From assembly GCF_037042905.1 (NCBI RefSeq), contig NC_087251.1:43340001-43404000 (forward strand): a stretch of 64,000 nt of DNA, written 5' to 3'. This document shows positions 25,533-40,598 of this stretch, one piece after another. The stretch comes from Lytechinus pictus. Lineage: Eukaryota. The notes below the pieces were generated by a model, which was given only the letters and a program-made list of their open reading frames with translations, was not told the origin of the DNA and did no database searches. The position numbers and the translations under genes are program-made. Position 1 is the first letter of the stretch. Each line of letters begins with the position of its first letter.

Positions 25533-28152
25533 TGGAGAGAACAGCAGAGCAGGTGACGAAGCAGGATAAAAGAGACCTTGAGTTTCCCCCATTGATGCGG
25601 TCACCATCGGTTTCTCTGGTGCATAACATACCTCCGGCAAAACTTTGACGATTCCCCTAATCATAAAGAAGAGCGATCAAATCCTTACTTACGTGTTGAA
25701 GAGCGCCCAGAGGTATTATGATATGCCATTGAGCCATGTGACCAGATGTATCATGTAATGTGTGAGCAAGAAGAAGTTAGTAAGACTTGGGAATCATCTT
25801 ACGGATATGTTCCCCGGCTTAATGCATATATTTTATTTTCCTATGGCGTAATGATGCAGAGTTTGAATGGTGGGATATCTACGGAGAGTGTTATTGTTCA
25901 GATGTAGACACGCGTGGCGGCTACAGAGGAGAAGAGAGGGGTGAATGGCCGACAGCTCGGCATACGGTTGATTGAATTGCCTCTTCTTATAGGATTTAAG
26001 ACATGGTAAACCCAGGTTTGATTTTAGTCAACCCCCTTGTTGACAATGTTTCGTTTTTTAAGACGCTTAGCGAAATCCTTGCGTCGAGAAATCCCCTCAC
26101 AAAATGCTACCTGCAAGAATTATTTGTAAAACATGCAGATGTGTTATTGAAGATTTGATACACTACACGATTATTGTGTGTTAAGTCCTCATGTCGGAAG
26201 TACCACCATTGCAGCTGCAGTGATAATCGTTTCATTTTGTAGCTCATTACTAAACCGAAATAAAGCCAGCAATACTTTCGTATTCATGCTCAGGAGCTTT
26301 ACGTTACATGGAAGAAAAGAATCATAAAATTTCATTTATCTTTCTTTTTTGTAACGTAATGAATTGGAAATTGCTTATTTCGCATCCTTTGTCCCATAAA
26401 TGCCCCCTAGCTCTACTCCTGATATAGAGATATCAAGATAATCCATTTGAGAAGTTGAGTGACCATTAGGCATCTTACGTCCCATAGCATAGGGGGTTAC
26501 TTCCAATCCTTCATTTTTATCAATTCCCTCATCTGGAATTCAAAGAGGAATGGATAAATCACTGTAATGCCTCTTGTGAATGGAGAGCACGCGACTGGTT
26601 TACGTTATCAAATGGACTCGGTCGAGTGGGGGTGAAGGTAGAAATATTAGGAACACAAAGAGAAATATGACCGCTCTCTTTTGAAGTAACCAGCTTCTGG
26701 TGTATGTATGGACAAGCCTGGCCGATTGCGTGCATAAATAAATAATGCATTAAAACGGTGCTGCCCCTTGTAAAAACGGTCCGTGACAACAAACCGCCAT
26801 ATCACCCAAACATTGCATGTGGAGCCCTATGGCCAGAGAAAGAAAGGGTGAGACCATGCAATTTAGATTATTGCAATCACCATGCGTCAAGATAACCTTA
26901 ATGCTCTAAGATTGTAAGAGGGGTGTAAAAACCCTCCCCGTGCACGGCGTTGGTCTCTATTTCTCTTCTGGTTTTTGTCCGGCGCTAAATGGACACTGGT
27001 GCTAGAGTGATTTCAAAAGCAGATATCTAACCCTGATATGAACGCACATCTACTCTGGACGTACTAAGTTAGGGCAAACCTCTTGGACTTGTTTAAAATT
27101 GACCAATTCTTAGTGGTTATCATTTCAAACACACAATGGGTTGTTATCTTGATCAGCTTTTCCTTGTGGATTACAAGTTTCCTCTGTGTCTCCTGTCTAC
27201 GGATTTTCTTCCTGGAATCCATTCCTTAAACCTTACCGTCTTTGATAAAAACGTTTTACAGAATGGAGGAAGATTCATATATTTTGACAGCATGATCTTG
27301 TCAACCATTTCCGTCACTCCATATTTGCCCCTTCCCTCGCACACACACACACACACTCTCTCTCTCTCTCTCTTTCTTTCATTCTCTCAGTTTGGGTTAA
27401 TTTTCCCCATTCGTTCTTCCCTTCTCCCTTCCCTGTCTCTGGGTTCTATCAGCCTGATAGACATAACAAAGAGACATGGAGTATCAGGTAACATTCTCTG
27501 AGGAACTTAAAAGAAATGGCGTTGTACATTGTATTTTCCATTCATCATCTCTAAAAGCTGTCAATTTCATCTGTAACTGCATCTAAAACATCACCAGAAA
27601 AGGGGATAATTAGATAGAAGTTATGGAAATGTATGAAGATGCAGATTTGAAAGAGCCCGTTATCTTCAGAAACGAGAGTAATGAGACAGGTTTGGCAATC
27701 TTGAAATGACGTGAATTGATAGTGTTTCGACAGGCGAGCAACCGCGGCCATGATAAAGTCGTCCATCATGTCAGTCATTCTACCCATTTACGACATTGAT
27801 AAGAACATCCATTCTCCTAAATGCAATCTTCACATTACTCAACAGAACATGTTCAGTATCTGCTTGCCAGTCGCAAAGTTTTCACTCAGATACCTGCTCT
27901 TTGAATTCCGAAAGCCTTTTTGTGATAGTGAACAGACTCGACAAGATAACATGGATGTTGGTCCTACTTCTTAATGTTTGCAGTCACTTTCAACCAATCA
28001 CACTAACTTGATCAACGTAAGTTTATAAACTCAACGACAGGATAAACTTGAATCGATTCAAGATTCAAATATCCCTATATCATGAATATCATTGCTAGTC
28101 GTATATCACGGATACATGCCATAATTTGTCGAATCTATCTCGCTATATTCAC

Positions 28153-28228
28153 GTAAATAATCAAGAACAATAACTGATTGTAAATAATCAGGAACAATAA
28201 CTGATTGTAAATAATGAGGAATGATAAC
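28153..28228. repeat. 27-bp tandem repeat, ~2.8 copies
   Basis: GTAAATAATCARGAACAATAACTGATT x2 plus a diverged partial copy. Confidence 0.85.
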
Positions 28229-31200
28229 CTCTAACTGATACAGTAATACCATAAACAACTATATTAGTCTTCAATTTCTGATTGACGACATATTTTCTTA
28301 CATCTCAAAACTGACCCTATCTTATGTTACAGCCACACTGGCAAAGCCGACTCCAGACCGACCAAATCTGTTTTGTAATTTCCACTGACACGCCATTGGA
28401 AGGTTTTTTTTCGGTTTCGTCGGTGTGACAGTAGCATAATCTCCTTGTATACTTGGCTACATCAAGATCAAGATCGAAGATGAGAGACATGTGACCGCTG
28501 CTCCCTGCTGCGTCTCAAGATGGGTTCCGACGCCATCTCAAATAGCTCCTACCTGGGGAACATCGCCTCTTCCTCACCCATCTAGCCTACCTACCAGCCC
28601 AAACAATAACATTATCTACCCGAAGATCTGCCCTACGGATTGTTGAACATTCAGATTCATCAAGACAACTAAGTCTGGTAAGCTTGTAACGTTTCCTTGG
28701 TCATGTTTCATAAAGACTATAATAACAGATGTAGAATTGCTATATCAGGTTTGCTATCAGCCAATGATATTGAATGGTTTCAGTAGCTTTTACCGTTATT
28801 ACCAATGAAGTATTATGAACTCCATCCCAGGTCAGACAGTTCTTCCCAAACTTGTCAAATACATCGGTATGTAAAATGCATTATTGGTGGTAAATGTGAA
28901 ACACGCAAGACTTCATTCAATCAACTGGCCTAAGCCATGAGGACGAAACTCGATGACGATGACGTAAGACAACGCAGAGGTAATCATGACTTAACAAACC
29001 CCTTTATATCAGTGCAAAAATCAACTTATACCAGTCATGTTCATGATGTTGGTGGCACGGTAACCTTCCATAAGGGTTTGGACGAGAGGAGACTAGATGT
29101 CGCTTGACATTGACTCTTCGGTGAGGAGAGTCGACCGGTCTAGACCATGGTCACCGTGATGGATTTATTCTGACATCTATCTATGCCCATCCTTCCTCTT
29201 CATCTCACCCTCTCATCCAAGATGAAGATACTCCTCCCAGACCTTGGGCGTCTCCATACAGCATAACACCATTCCTTCCACGAGGTATCTCCTTTCGCTT
29301 CCCTAGATTATTAATTCCCCATCCAGGGTTGTCTCCATTGTTTTAATTCCTCTCCTCTTCTTTTTACTCATCACCGTGTTTAATAAAGTGTTCTTTATTA
29401 GTTCTGAGGATTGTTTGCTCGATGGAATAATCTTACAATTAAAATTCATGATGGCAGTATTCAGAGGAGATTGGCTGGGTTAACTTGACGCTGAATCTCA
29501 ATATCACCGATTCCAGGGAGAGGGATACCTGTCATTCTAGAGTAGATTCTTTGTATTGGTTTATTCTAGGGAACAGACGTTAAACCAATTATGGCAAATA
29601 ACCGTATTTCAAAAGAAATATAATCATATATTGCAACCCCTAAGATTAATAGGTCTTTATATTTATAAAACAATTTACCATCATATTCAAGATGTTGGTC
29701 ATGTTACATCCCTTAACTCATTCAGTCAGAGAATAGTAAATAATCAAGTGGAATGGTCTTTCAAGTAATGTGGAGAGTACCTTTATCAACAGCTTCATAT
29801 CTGGACTTGAAAGATGTTGGAAAAATGGCCCAGATATATAATATGACGACGACTCCAACCAAATAAAAGTAACGAATATGATGAGGAGTCTAATTCTAAA
29901 GGAGATACAAGTGACTTAGGTTTATGCCAAAGTAATGCTTCTGAAAAAGATCGTGACCAGAATCCGTAATATTTTGACCAAAAATCACATCTTATTGATG
30001 AAGGACTTCTCCAACTCTCATCATCTCTGCCTAAATTTTGATTATTGATGATTCACTGAGCGCGCGAGTGATGATTAGATCCCAACAATCAAGGAAAATA
30101 TGAATAACTTGGTCTGTGACTTTTATCTGGTTGCTGGTGCTCAATTAACTATTGCTTGCAGCATAGTGAGAAATAATCGAGTGGGACGATGACAAATCGG
30201 TGAAACCACAAAACAAAAACCTGAATCACAGAGCAACGTGATTAAACTCTCTTCTCCAAATGATTATGATCGATATTAGTGGGAAAATTGATAGACAAGA
30301 AAGGTTCAATAATAGCCAGGACTTCGGTCGTGTCAAAGTCAGTGACGTGACTCAAGAACCGGCTGACAAGATTTTTGTTTTATTTCTGGTCTCTCACAGA
30401 TCGTGGCTGGCCAGTCTTAATTCTTGCCTAAAACAAATATTAATTTGATGCCAGACGATCGTGTGTCACACACGGAGACATAATTTCTGTTGTAGACGAC
30501 CCGACTCCAACTCCTTGTGGGAATGTAAGGTAGAAATAAAACAGAAATAAAACATAGACAGTGGAAGTCCTGACTCCTAGAACAAATCGTGTAACTATGA
30601 AAAAAAATCAGCCTTTGGGGAAAATAAAAAATCTAGAACGACATATTCTGACATTTCCTCGGGAACGAAATTCCATTTAACCAAAGTCAACTATTGTTTT
30701 GTTACAAATCAGTTCCAGATGAAGTGTAGCCTCTAATCGTTTCATGTTGTTAATCTTCATTTTATTTTCCTCTGTGAAAGAATGGCTCGACTCAGTTCAG
30801 TCAAAGTTCAAAATATTGTTTCTGATTTTGTCATTCAATGACTATCAGGAAATTCGATCGCATGTAAAGGAAAAAAAATCACATTATAAGCATCATTTGA
30901 AGAAAACAAATATTTCAAATGATATCTTAATGTGACAATTACTGATCGAATGAAACATATTATGAATATCTGCAAGAGAAACTTACTAACATTACTTTGG
31001 AAATTATAAATAATACAACTTTTTTTTTTAAAGTGAGGATCAAGAGGAAAAGAAAATTTCTCTTTTATCTCTAAGTATTCATCTTCTTCTTTTTTTTTCT
31101 TTCTCTTTTTAAACGAGTGGCTAACCTAATGAGAAACATGAACGATTCCCTATTTACCCCGTTCGATTAAACCTATAGTTCAGAAGCAAATACCTTCAGG

Positions 31201-34142
31201 TCATTCTTACGTTTATGTCGTTTAATAAGGAGATCTGGAGGTCTGGAAGAGAAAATTATCAGGGACAAGACATTCAAGTATTGAAAGAAGTCATATATAT
31301 ATATATAGATATGCATCATACACGGTCACAATGAAGTCGAGAGAAATGTGAATCCATAAAACAAAACAAAAATACTTTTTCTTGCTTTTTTTCTCTCTTC
31401 TTTCGTCAACTTTAATACTAGGCAGTCAGGCAACAGCCAGTCATCATGCAGAATGGAAGGAACACTCGACAACATTTTAAATGCCGAAGGGAACAAGCTT
31501 CGAACAAACATCACTGTCTCGATCTGCAAAAATAGCCCAAAGAATTCCATTTTTTCATAACGATAAACGGGCAAAATCATGACTTGTATTCTCCTTTGCT
31601 GTACTTTTCTAATTAGTCAAGTTGGTATTTTGTTAACAGAATCGATCGTGTAATTGTTTCACAGTTCTCTATTTTATTTCATATTTTATAAAAACAAAAG
31701 TGCCATTTTAGTATCTCCACTCTCAATAATTAAAATGTAAATATGACATCACTATTCAATGATACAAATCGGTATTTGATTGTTTTGTTTACTTTTCTTA
31801 TTACTCAGAATGAATAATTCTGGATTATACCCTAAGCGTGATGTTAGTTCAAAGCAAAATATTCATCGTTTAATCGTTTTATTTCATCTTTTGGGACGGG
31901 TTTCAGAATAATATTCTTTAAAAGATATATAGCCTTGTAAATTAAATAAAAAGTTAAACATTTTTATCCTGGTGCACAAATGTTAGAAGTACATATTCGC
32001 AGTAAGTGTGAGACAAGTGATCCGAACACAGAAAAGAAAAAGAAAAGGGTCTTTCTTACAAGGTAATAAAGATGAAGAACATTATTCAAATTTCAAAACA
32101 ACATTTATTATAAAACAAAATAAATCCAAGTACAAGTTCAGTTCGATGTGCACTAAATTGAAGGAAATGTCGTTGTCGCTTTAGTCTTTAAGGGACCTGA
32201 AAGACTTTTCCCTCTCTAGAAAAAAGATACATTTTCAAGGCAGACTACTTATCATATTGTACATGACATCACAAAAGGAAACACCGCTTCTGCAAATAAA
32301 GAAGGGCAAGAATACGTTGGTTGAAGTGCACTTAGGTTATACTCCCCGGATTAATTTTACTCGTATTTCTTGAGATATGTTTGGAGCAAGTTTGACCCAG
32401 ATCTGCGATGTCTTGGTAGAGTTGGAAAAGGTATCGACATTAATCCTAAATTGCCCATTCCTAATGTTAGAAGGAAAAATGTCTCAAGTCAAGTCGTCGT
32501 GGTGATATGGCAGCATCCTCCACCGGAAACTGCATCACATTTACATCATGATGCCGCGGTGGTTTGCATTGGCTCGGTTTGTCCTTCTTCCGCGAAAATG
32601 GAATGATTATGGATGTTAGTAATAAACATGGCGAGCATAGTAGAAATGTTGAGTAAATGTATATAATGTTGGATGAACCATACAAAATGTGTACATCTGT
32701 GTTTTTTGTGCATTTCTTTATATCACGTAAGATAATTGGTTGTTTTTCTTTTCACTACGCCATCTATAATTATTGTATGTTTTTAGTAGAAATATCTTGA
32801 ATCCATTTTGAATGCAGAAGAAAATAAAATATATAAAACAAACAAGGACACAATACAGAATAGTACAAGGGATTGGAATCAAAGGTAGAGGGTGGGTAAT
32901 TGAATTTAGTCAAATATGACTGTAATAGTCGCAACCAGCTGAACCTTTCATCAAAGTCACTTTTAATAAGTATAATTTTGGAATACAGATAATTATTGGT
33001 GATCGTGGTAGTACTACAAGCTTGCACACTCTAATGATCGAAGAGTTTAATTCAGAATTTATCCTATTGTAAAAATCAACAAAATAAATTATGCAATTTC
33101 TTGCTTCAAAACAAAAACACATTGTTGTCTCCTCTGCTCAGAGGATTGGAAGAGGGAACCAAAGATAGGGCTAATGTCTGGACAGATGTGGTCGGTATTA
33201 TCTGAATATAATTCTCTCGAATCCGATGTCATGCCCTCTGACCCGACGCCAATGACATTGTGGACGAGTGATTTCCGGTACGGTCCGATAAAGCATCTAG
33301 GTCCATGGATAAAGTAATGACTTTGAACAGTTCTCAGCACCCAGCCATTATTTATTCAGTTATCGTCGAATGGAGTACAGGACAAAATATTTTCCTACAA
33401 ATCTTTTTTTCTTTGGTAGAATTTATACTAGAAAAGGTTGGGTAATCGCTTTGTAAGAAAATGCCAGTGAGAGAATTCCCCATATAGGCTCGAAGTTCAG
33501 AAACAAATATTTACGATAAAACTTTTCCATTTTCAGGAGCCGAATGGCTTATACTATATATTTGTATCTTAGGAATACCATACAGTAGAAGCCTCTTTCA
33601 CACATACTGTCCATGATACTATAGAATTAAAACAACACGATGTGAGTAAACAGGTATGCCTATATTTGTGCTGCTGTGTACGACTGAATGTGGACTTGCA
33701 AAACTTTATATCTATCAATGCAGACATTGTATGGGTAAATGAAACTAGACTGGTCTTCTCCTGTCGGTCACCCCTCATTATCTTATAAGCAAATACTTAT
33801 AAGTGAAAAAAAAAAGAACCTTCAAAACGATGAAATGTTGTGGGTCAGGAATGGGCATAGATTAGCATGAAAAATGCATTAATCTCCGTTATGAACTTCA
33901 TTTTGCGAGGTATATATTGAGGGATCTTCTGGAAGCTACAAAGTTTCTTTTACTTCAAACAAAGAAAGCAATATATTTATGGTGCATGTTCACATTTCTG
34001 TTGCAAACGTGTATTCAAAGAGGATGCAGATGCTGTTACAGGCAGAGAGCTCTGCACCTGTAAAGTAAGCCTTAAAACTGTGGAAGGGACAATTGAAATC
34101 TCTTAATTTCCTACTCTTTTATATCATTCAAATCTGCCAATC

Positions 34143-34546
34143 GGGTTTATTTCCAATTCGTCTAATGCCAATTCGTCCAATTGCCAACTCGTCTACTATC
34201 ATTTGGTCTAGCATCAGTTCGTCTACTCACCACATGGTCTAATTTCGTTTAGTCTAATGCAATTCGTCTAATAACCAGTTGGTCCAATAGCCATTTAGTC
34301 CTTATACCATTTGGTCTACTTAAACTAAAGTGATAATTGTGCAAAATGAATGAAAAGAAAATGGGTATTAGACAAACTGGTTATCAGATGAAATGGTGAT
34401 TAGACGAAGTGATGATTGGACCAAATTGTTATTGGACCAAATGGTTGTTAGACGAAATGTTGATCGACGGGATGGCATTAGACTAAGTGAAGGTAGACAA
34501 TGTGGTGAGTGGACGAGTTGGCAGTGGACGAATTGGTAATTCAATC
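34143..34546. mobile_element. Foldback-type element: two inverted arms built of ~15-16-bp tandem units
   Basis: The left arm has about 11 units like CCAATTCGTCTAATG. The right arm carries the reverse-complement units (e.g. TTAGACGAAATGTTG), separated by a short AT-rich spacer. Confidence 0.8.
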
Positions 34547-35619
34547 TTACCAATTCCCATACACTACAGTACACCTACACCTATTCTATATGAAATAAAT
34601 CACAAACTTTTATCTGTTATCCTTATGGAGAGAAACGTGCTCGTTTGAAAGAATACCACATCTTCATTACTCACTGAATTCCTTTTTCATCAAATCATTA
34701 TCGCATCCAGGTGCACAATACTACCCAATAACAAATTTTATTGCTGACCACTGGCTACTACGAATTCTAAACCAAAGATGCATGCCCAGAAGAGGTAAAC
34801 AAAGACCAAAATTGAAAGGGCAAAACGATAAACTGTACGACGTCCCCGGCACGGATCATTCGCACCTGCGGAGAGGGTCAGGTGTTTCTTTCTCAAAACT
34901 GCAAACGTCTTTATGCGAATGCCCAGTCACATCGCAACAACCAACTCCAAACCGACCGATTGTATACCACTGCAAATAACGTAATTGCTCCGATCGGTCT
35001 GGGTCATTTTTATACAGGTGTGACTGACCCATAAACTTGTAAGACATGTCTACGAATTTGGACCCGGGACGGTCTGAAGAAACAGGGACCCTTGTCGCTT
35101 TGTTGAATGACACAATTACATTGTTAATCATCATCGAGGGTGATTAATCGGGCGCAATAGGAGGTGTACCTTTGTTTGAACACTGTTCTGAATTAGGATC
35201 AATCAATGTTGTCCCACTTGTTTGGTATCAGATAGGCAAAGCGCCTCAAACAATCACCCTATCTCGGGACTGTGTTTGCTGGCGAGGAGATAACAATCGT
35301 TTTACGGGGCCATTGGCACCAGTGGTGATGGGGGGTAGGATATGGTGGGGTCGCCGCTTGTAGCCCATTAAATATGGCTATGACTATTGTTGTGTTCATA
35401 ACGGCAATTTTATTATTATCACCCAGTTACGAAAGAGACAACAATAACAGCAGTCTGTTCGGGAAACGTTACTCCAGTAACCTGAAACAGCAACCAAACT
35501 TGAAAAATCCATGTGAATTGCTGTGGAATTAGACGACTGGGACCGAGAAATGGGAATTTTTAATCTGTTGTAGTTTTGGAAACGGCATCAAGTTTCATGG
35601 TAACAACAATGATATAATG

Positions 35620-35730
35620 TTTCATATTCACTTGGGGTAGCCACATCGGCTCTCAGGTGTGGCTCGGCAAGGGACAGAACCCATGACCTCCGTTCACGGG
35701 GCCAGTACACTACCACTGGGCCACCATGCC
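35620..35730 (-). mobile_element. Internally deleted copy of the 59.9 kb SINE family
   Basis: Head GGCATGGTGGCCCAGTGG...GGGTTCTGTCCC; shares GGGTAGCCAC with the 3' part of the 59.9 kb copy. Confidence 0.6.
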
Positions 35731-38700
35731 TAGTCACTATGGTTTATGAATGTTATCTAAAGAGAAAAGACCAACGAATGCTATTCCACAGCGTCATGAA
35801 TCGTTTGGTTTCCGATTATCCAAAAATAAAAACATCTTGGTGTTCTCGAGTTCACCCACACCAGTAGTTTTTCACGACCAGTCGTGGACAACAAGACGTA
35901 AACATGGTCCTAAAAATCGTCCGGTTTATCATCTCAAACACGTTTCTTGGGACAGAGAACAATAGACAGCTAGAATCAATCTCTTCGGTCAACAACAGAG
36001 AAGTCGTCATTAACTTTTATGGTGTCAACAGAGGATGCCCTGCTATACAGGTTGTTCTTTGATTGTTTTCTGGTAGACTTGACCGACTGAACACGGTGGA
36101 CGCCACGGTTTATGGACACTCTCTACAGTAAGTTGACAAAGTGGCGACAAACACGATATTGCAGGGTATAACCATTTGTAATAGGTCCATGTATAAACAG
36201 AAGGGAGAAAGTTGGACAAGGTGGGGCTTGGGTGGAGATGAGAAATTTGTTTTTCCTGTGTCATAATGAACCTATAAAAATCGTCAAGAAATGCTCTCCC
36301 AAAAAGCGTACACACTGTCCTAGAGAGGGTTGATTGACATTGACATAACTTGCCACATTTCGGTTAATAGTTTAAGCATTTATACAGTAAGTTGACGCAA
36401 GTTAGTACTCCTTAGAAACACGATTAGGTTTGAAATGTAGTTAGTGGATTCTGTTTCTAGTAGTACGTATGAATGGAAAACCCAAATATATTCATTTCAA
36501 TATCGATAAATTAAACATTTATCAAATTCCTGAGGTTACCACACTGTCATCGGCAGATATAATGGTCTAAACTGATACAATTGACATAAAACAACACCCA
36601 TACCAAATCGCCTCACAATAGGCAGAACAGCTAGGTCTAATACTTTATGGAGATAAAAATGAAAAGCAGTTTCCATCTACTGGAGATAACCTGTGCATGT
36701 CACCATGTTGAAGGGAATAGTATGGGACATCATACACAGAGAATAATGTGCAGTTACTTTTACAGATCCAGGCTATACATGGACTCGTAAGTTTATAGGG
36801 AGCGAAACCAAAAAGGATAGAGATGAGCATGGTGTCTGAGGTGGAGACTGAGGCCAGAACTACAGGGGAAGGACATGAAGAAGATAAGAGGGATGAATAA
36901 TTGAGATGGATAGACAGTTCGGATGGAGAAATGGGATAGGTATGGGCAGTATTTAGAAACACTTACCCCTTGGTCAAGAAGATAGCTGCATTCTATGCAA
37001 TGCGATATGAGAGGGGAAGAAGATGAGATATATTAAACCTAAGTTATATAAGAACCACAAGATGAACTATTTCAGAAGGAAGACATGTATTTGGATTGGA
37101 TCTAAACATTGGCTTGGTCTGATAATAAAGGCACTATCATCTTATCAAGGTACGTACACTTTGACTGGGAGTGTTATCGACCATGCATGGGCATGGTGTA
37201 TGCCTCCATATAAAACTGTAGAATGTATTAGTTTGTGCAATATCATTTTTTTTCTTCAAAGCATAAACTCACGTTTCGCTTCATCAATTTGTACTATGCC
37301 ATAGCTCATACATCAACCTGGTCACGTGTCATTTGCCTCTTTTTTATCATTGACTACAGTAAATCTAGTTTGGCAATCGCATACAAGATATTCTTATCTT
37401 TATTTTTCTTTGACAGCTTATGGAAGAAATATCTGTGACATGTGTCCATCAAAAATGCCACGCACGTAAATTATGATATGAAAATAGATAAACATATAAC
37501 TACATGATATTATCATAACACAAATCACTGGAGTGGTGACAAACCCATTTCCACAATAACAGGTATTGACATGGAGTGAGCTAATGTAAACATCATATTT
37601 CATATTCTAACACGATTCTAAATGTCTTCACATTTACCAGCGCCCCCCCCCCCCGCCCCGCTGCCTCACACACACACGCACGCAATATAGATTGATAAAT
37701 CCCATATTTCCATAAGTACACCTGGCATTCTTCCGTCATTATATAAATGTACACAACTCAGCACTAATATTGACATAGGTGTTCGGGCGGTATTTCTATC
37801 CAGGGTACGCGCGTGCAGTTTTTCAAGAAATCAATATTATTTTTCCCCTTTCTGGTATCCGTTGATCAAACTGGATGAGGGCGAATATCTCAACTTCCAG
37901 ACGATATCTACAAGTACAACATTTGCTAGGACTGGGAGCAGGTTTCGCGAGGACGTGAAATTGGGAACCGTGCAATATCAAGGCAAGGCGCTCTTTGCTT
38001 TAACTTGCATGTTTAACATAAAGTAGGCGAAAGGAGTTATTGAAAAGACAGCTGCAAGTGGAACATTAATTTTCGTTAAGCTTGACATCATCCATTTCAA
38101 TAATGCCACTTAAAGTTATAAAAGTTATACAAGCGTAATCTTTTCGCAACCCAAGCCCCCCCCCCCCACATTTACTTTTAAACTTAATCACGATTACGAG
38201 TGTGATTTATATCCACCACGACTGAATCGTGTCGCTGAAATAAGACAATATGAAATATTAAACATGGATGGTGGCTAATTATGGATGGACCTAGTGATTA
38301 TAGATTACATTTGACGATTAATATTTTCTACAATTCAAGAACGTGTGTTTTATGGTTACGCGGACGCTGCACCCCCTTGGGATTTGCATATAGCAAATAG
38401 GCCTACTGGTATAATGAGGGTAATTATTCTCTTCGAGGTAATTGGCCAGTGATGGTTGTATATAGCTTAGTTTAAATACAATACTTTATCACAATTAACT
38501 AAATTCAAGATTAAGCATTACGACCCCGTCGTTCTCAATATCATTCGAAATGATGAAGTGAATAGGCTATATCAGGCCTGCTCGATATTTAATATCGTGC
38601 TTCATACATTACAGTGACAAAAGGGTTCACTGTATAAACGGTATTACTGGCCATTCGTTTTCAAAATTATATTTGAATTTAACTCTCAAACTAAAATAGA

Positions 38701-40386
38701 ACATACAAACAAATATTTAATAATATTAGCATTTATTATGCGCCATCTATCTACTAAACTATTCCGAGGCGGATCATTGTAATCATTCTAAGCAGTTATA
38801 GTAATTATTTACATTCTTCCCAACGAGTCTTGATAAACATATGTTTTTCCGTTGGTGCCATTTTAAAATCAAATATGAAAAAGTGTTATCACAAATCAAA
38901 TGGGGCTATATATGCCAAGTTGATAGATATTAGAATTTACCAAGAACAGGATTTAAAAGATCAGTTATTGTTCATAAACCATTATACGACAAACCCTGGC
39001 TATATTATAGTATTGGATATTTGACACGTGAAATACTTGCTTACTCAAACAATGTCTTAGAATAATAAATTGATAAGGTACACTATTTTGATTTATTAAG
39101 ATAAGTTATTACAAATTAAGAGTTTTTTTTATTCATGACTTGTTTGAAATTTTGTTCGTTAACATTCCACGTCACATCTTGGGAATCATAGTATGATAGT
39201 CAGTGTAATTATAATGGACACAAACTTCACGTATTTCGTGAAAATGATAACGAAAAAGTTTGGAGAGAATAACGATTTCATACCTCAATCTTATTTGTTC
39301 CTAAAACTCCAGCAGGCTTGCTCTCGATTGGATAAAAGGTTTGAACATTTCCCAATAATGATCTCGTATCGAATGCTCTATAATGAGAAGTTTATAAATG
39401 AATATAGTCCTCGAATATATGTCTCCAAAATTGTTCCTCAAAAATCTTCAAAAATAGTCCGTGAAATAAAAGTCCAAAGAAAAATACCGAACCAAAAGGC
39501 AAAAGGAAGATTCCGTATTGATAGAAACCGGTGGGGAGATTCGGACTGCGTGCCGGAGCGTGCAGTTCACTTTGAACCAGTGCAAAGTTTGAAACGATTC
39601 TTCTCCCACTCACGAACACACACAATCGACATGGACGGAGAAATATGCACACACGCACATACACGAACCGTTGCTGAGCTGAATGAACCCACAGAAGCTC
39701 CGCCTGCTCTGAACGACAGTTGCTAAGCATGAACTGCCGATCATGTATCCATCGACCAACCACGATCCGAGAATCAGTAAGGACGCTGGAGCTCCGCCCT
39801 CTTCACGAACGTTTCACACGTCAAAGCATACGGACAACAATAGCACCAGCATTCTTTTACTGTGCCGTCTGTTCGACGTGCCCTGACAAAACTATGCCGA
39901 AATGTCGGGGGCAATATTATCAAGCTGACGGGTTTGAAAGGCAAGCGGTGTCTGGGGCTCTGGATTTGGAAGGCTTCGGTTGAAAGTTGAAGGGGGTAAT
40001 AAGGTTCACACCTTAGGGGCTCTTTAGATCAACACCGGGGTCAAATCGAGGTGCCAATTTTTGAGTGACAAAATCTGACAATAAACTTTCGTGAGTTTTA
40101 TCCTGCCTTTGGTTTTCTTCCTCACTACATAAGAATGCAATCCATCTCCTTCTTTTTTTCTTTTCTGAATCCTTTATGGTGGACTTTCGGACAATACTAT
40201 AATCATTGTTATCCCCACACAATTTCTGAATTTCCCTAATTTGCCCGCTAAGTTTGGCCTTGAATGACCACGACGCTAATTGTAATATCTTATCATAGAT
40301 TCCGGTTTACAGGAACTAGAGTTGTCTTTTTGTGTTTTGTAAAAACATGCAGTACAGGTCTTACATTTTTAAATGTCGTTTATAAT

Positions 40387-40598
40387 CAGTAGCGTGATGA
40401 GCCACAGAATTTGAGGTGAGGAGCCAGATGTGGCGTTGTGGACAAATTTCTAAAAAGGTGCGACCGAGCAAAAATTGTGATCACATATCACATTTCCTCT
40501 TTTCCCCCTTTTCTTTTCTTTCTTTTTCTACCTGTTCATTGGAGTTAAATTTTCGGGGGGTCCAAAGCCCCACCCCCCTCCCCATCAACACGCCAGTG
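40387..40598. mobile_element. Degenerate hAT-like MITE
   Basis: Termini CAGTAGCGTG ... CACGCCAGTG with G/C runs inside; TSD not clean. Confidence 0.5.

Larger units (their letters stand above)
16190..38100 (-). pseudogene. Dense array of decayed Sushi/CCP modules
   Basis: VTASSPPGMTLL...PDG..W (16190-16288); TNATVSITGYNI (~16697-16732); PCRDFQAGCTLPVINKNGRV (~18735-18797); IAYYNAHHEGLKRVGQLGVV and CLVRSWTAVPP (ORF 20096-20338); SCTPGH...IWNSPLPS (20424-20735); SEVVFPC/APG (~21140-21170); QTVTF...AGWNKIC (21263-21514); TLKCKAPGWTPPRP (~22962-23005); FTRGSTV (~26755-26775); TVRFKEWIPG...TCNPQG (~27160-27240); YLVEGMVLCCMETPKVW (~29237-29288); ITLLCDSGF (~30215-30242); DW..LPDC (31326-31580); SGYWSN (~35468-35486); VWVNSRTPRC (~35832-35862); APYKL...ICKSN (36645-36962); NCTRVPWIEIPP (~37785-37822). 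Confidence 0.8.

Noticed and set aside
24311..25660. Immunoglobulin-domain pseudo-exons
   Set aside because: Ig motifs are incomplete; CYAPEKP and the context favour CCP.
32467..32696. Transmembrane plus cytoplasmic-tail exon
   Set aside because: The hydrophobic stretch is followed by CKPPRH...FPV, which fits a CCP start, and CCP remnants continue on both sides.
34143..34546. CRISPR-like array
   Set aside because: Units are contiguous without unique spacers, arranged as inverted arms, and lie in eukaryotic DNA.
37023..37304. L1/Tx1 reverse-transcriptase fragment (KTCIWIGSK)
   Set aside because: Only one short motif and no other RT features; the minus strand fits CCP (AWSITLP, QCLDP).
39193..40000. 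177-aa ORF and CpG-rich block as a plus-strand gene or promoter
   Set aside because: No recognisable protein; the CpG-rich part is better explained as a minus-strand CCP remnant in unmethylated DNA.
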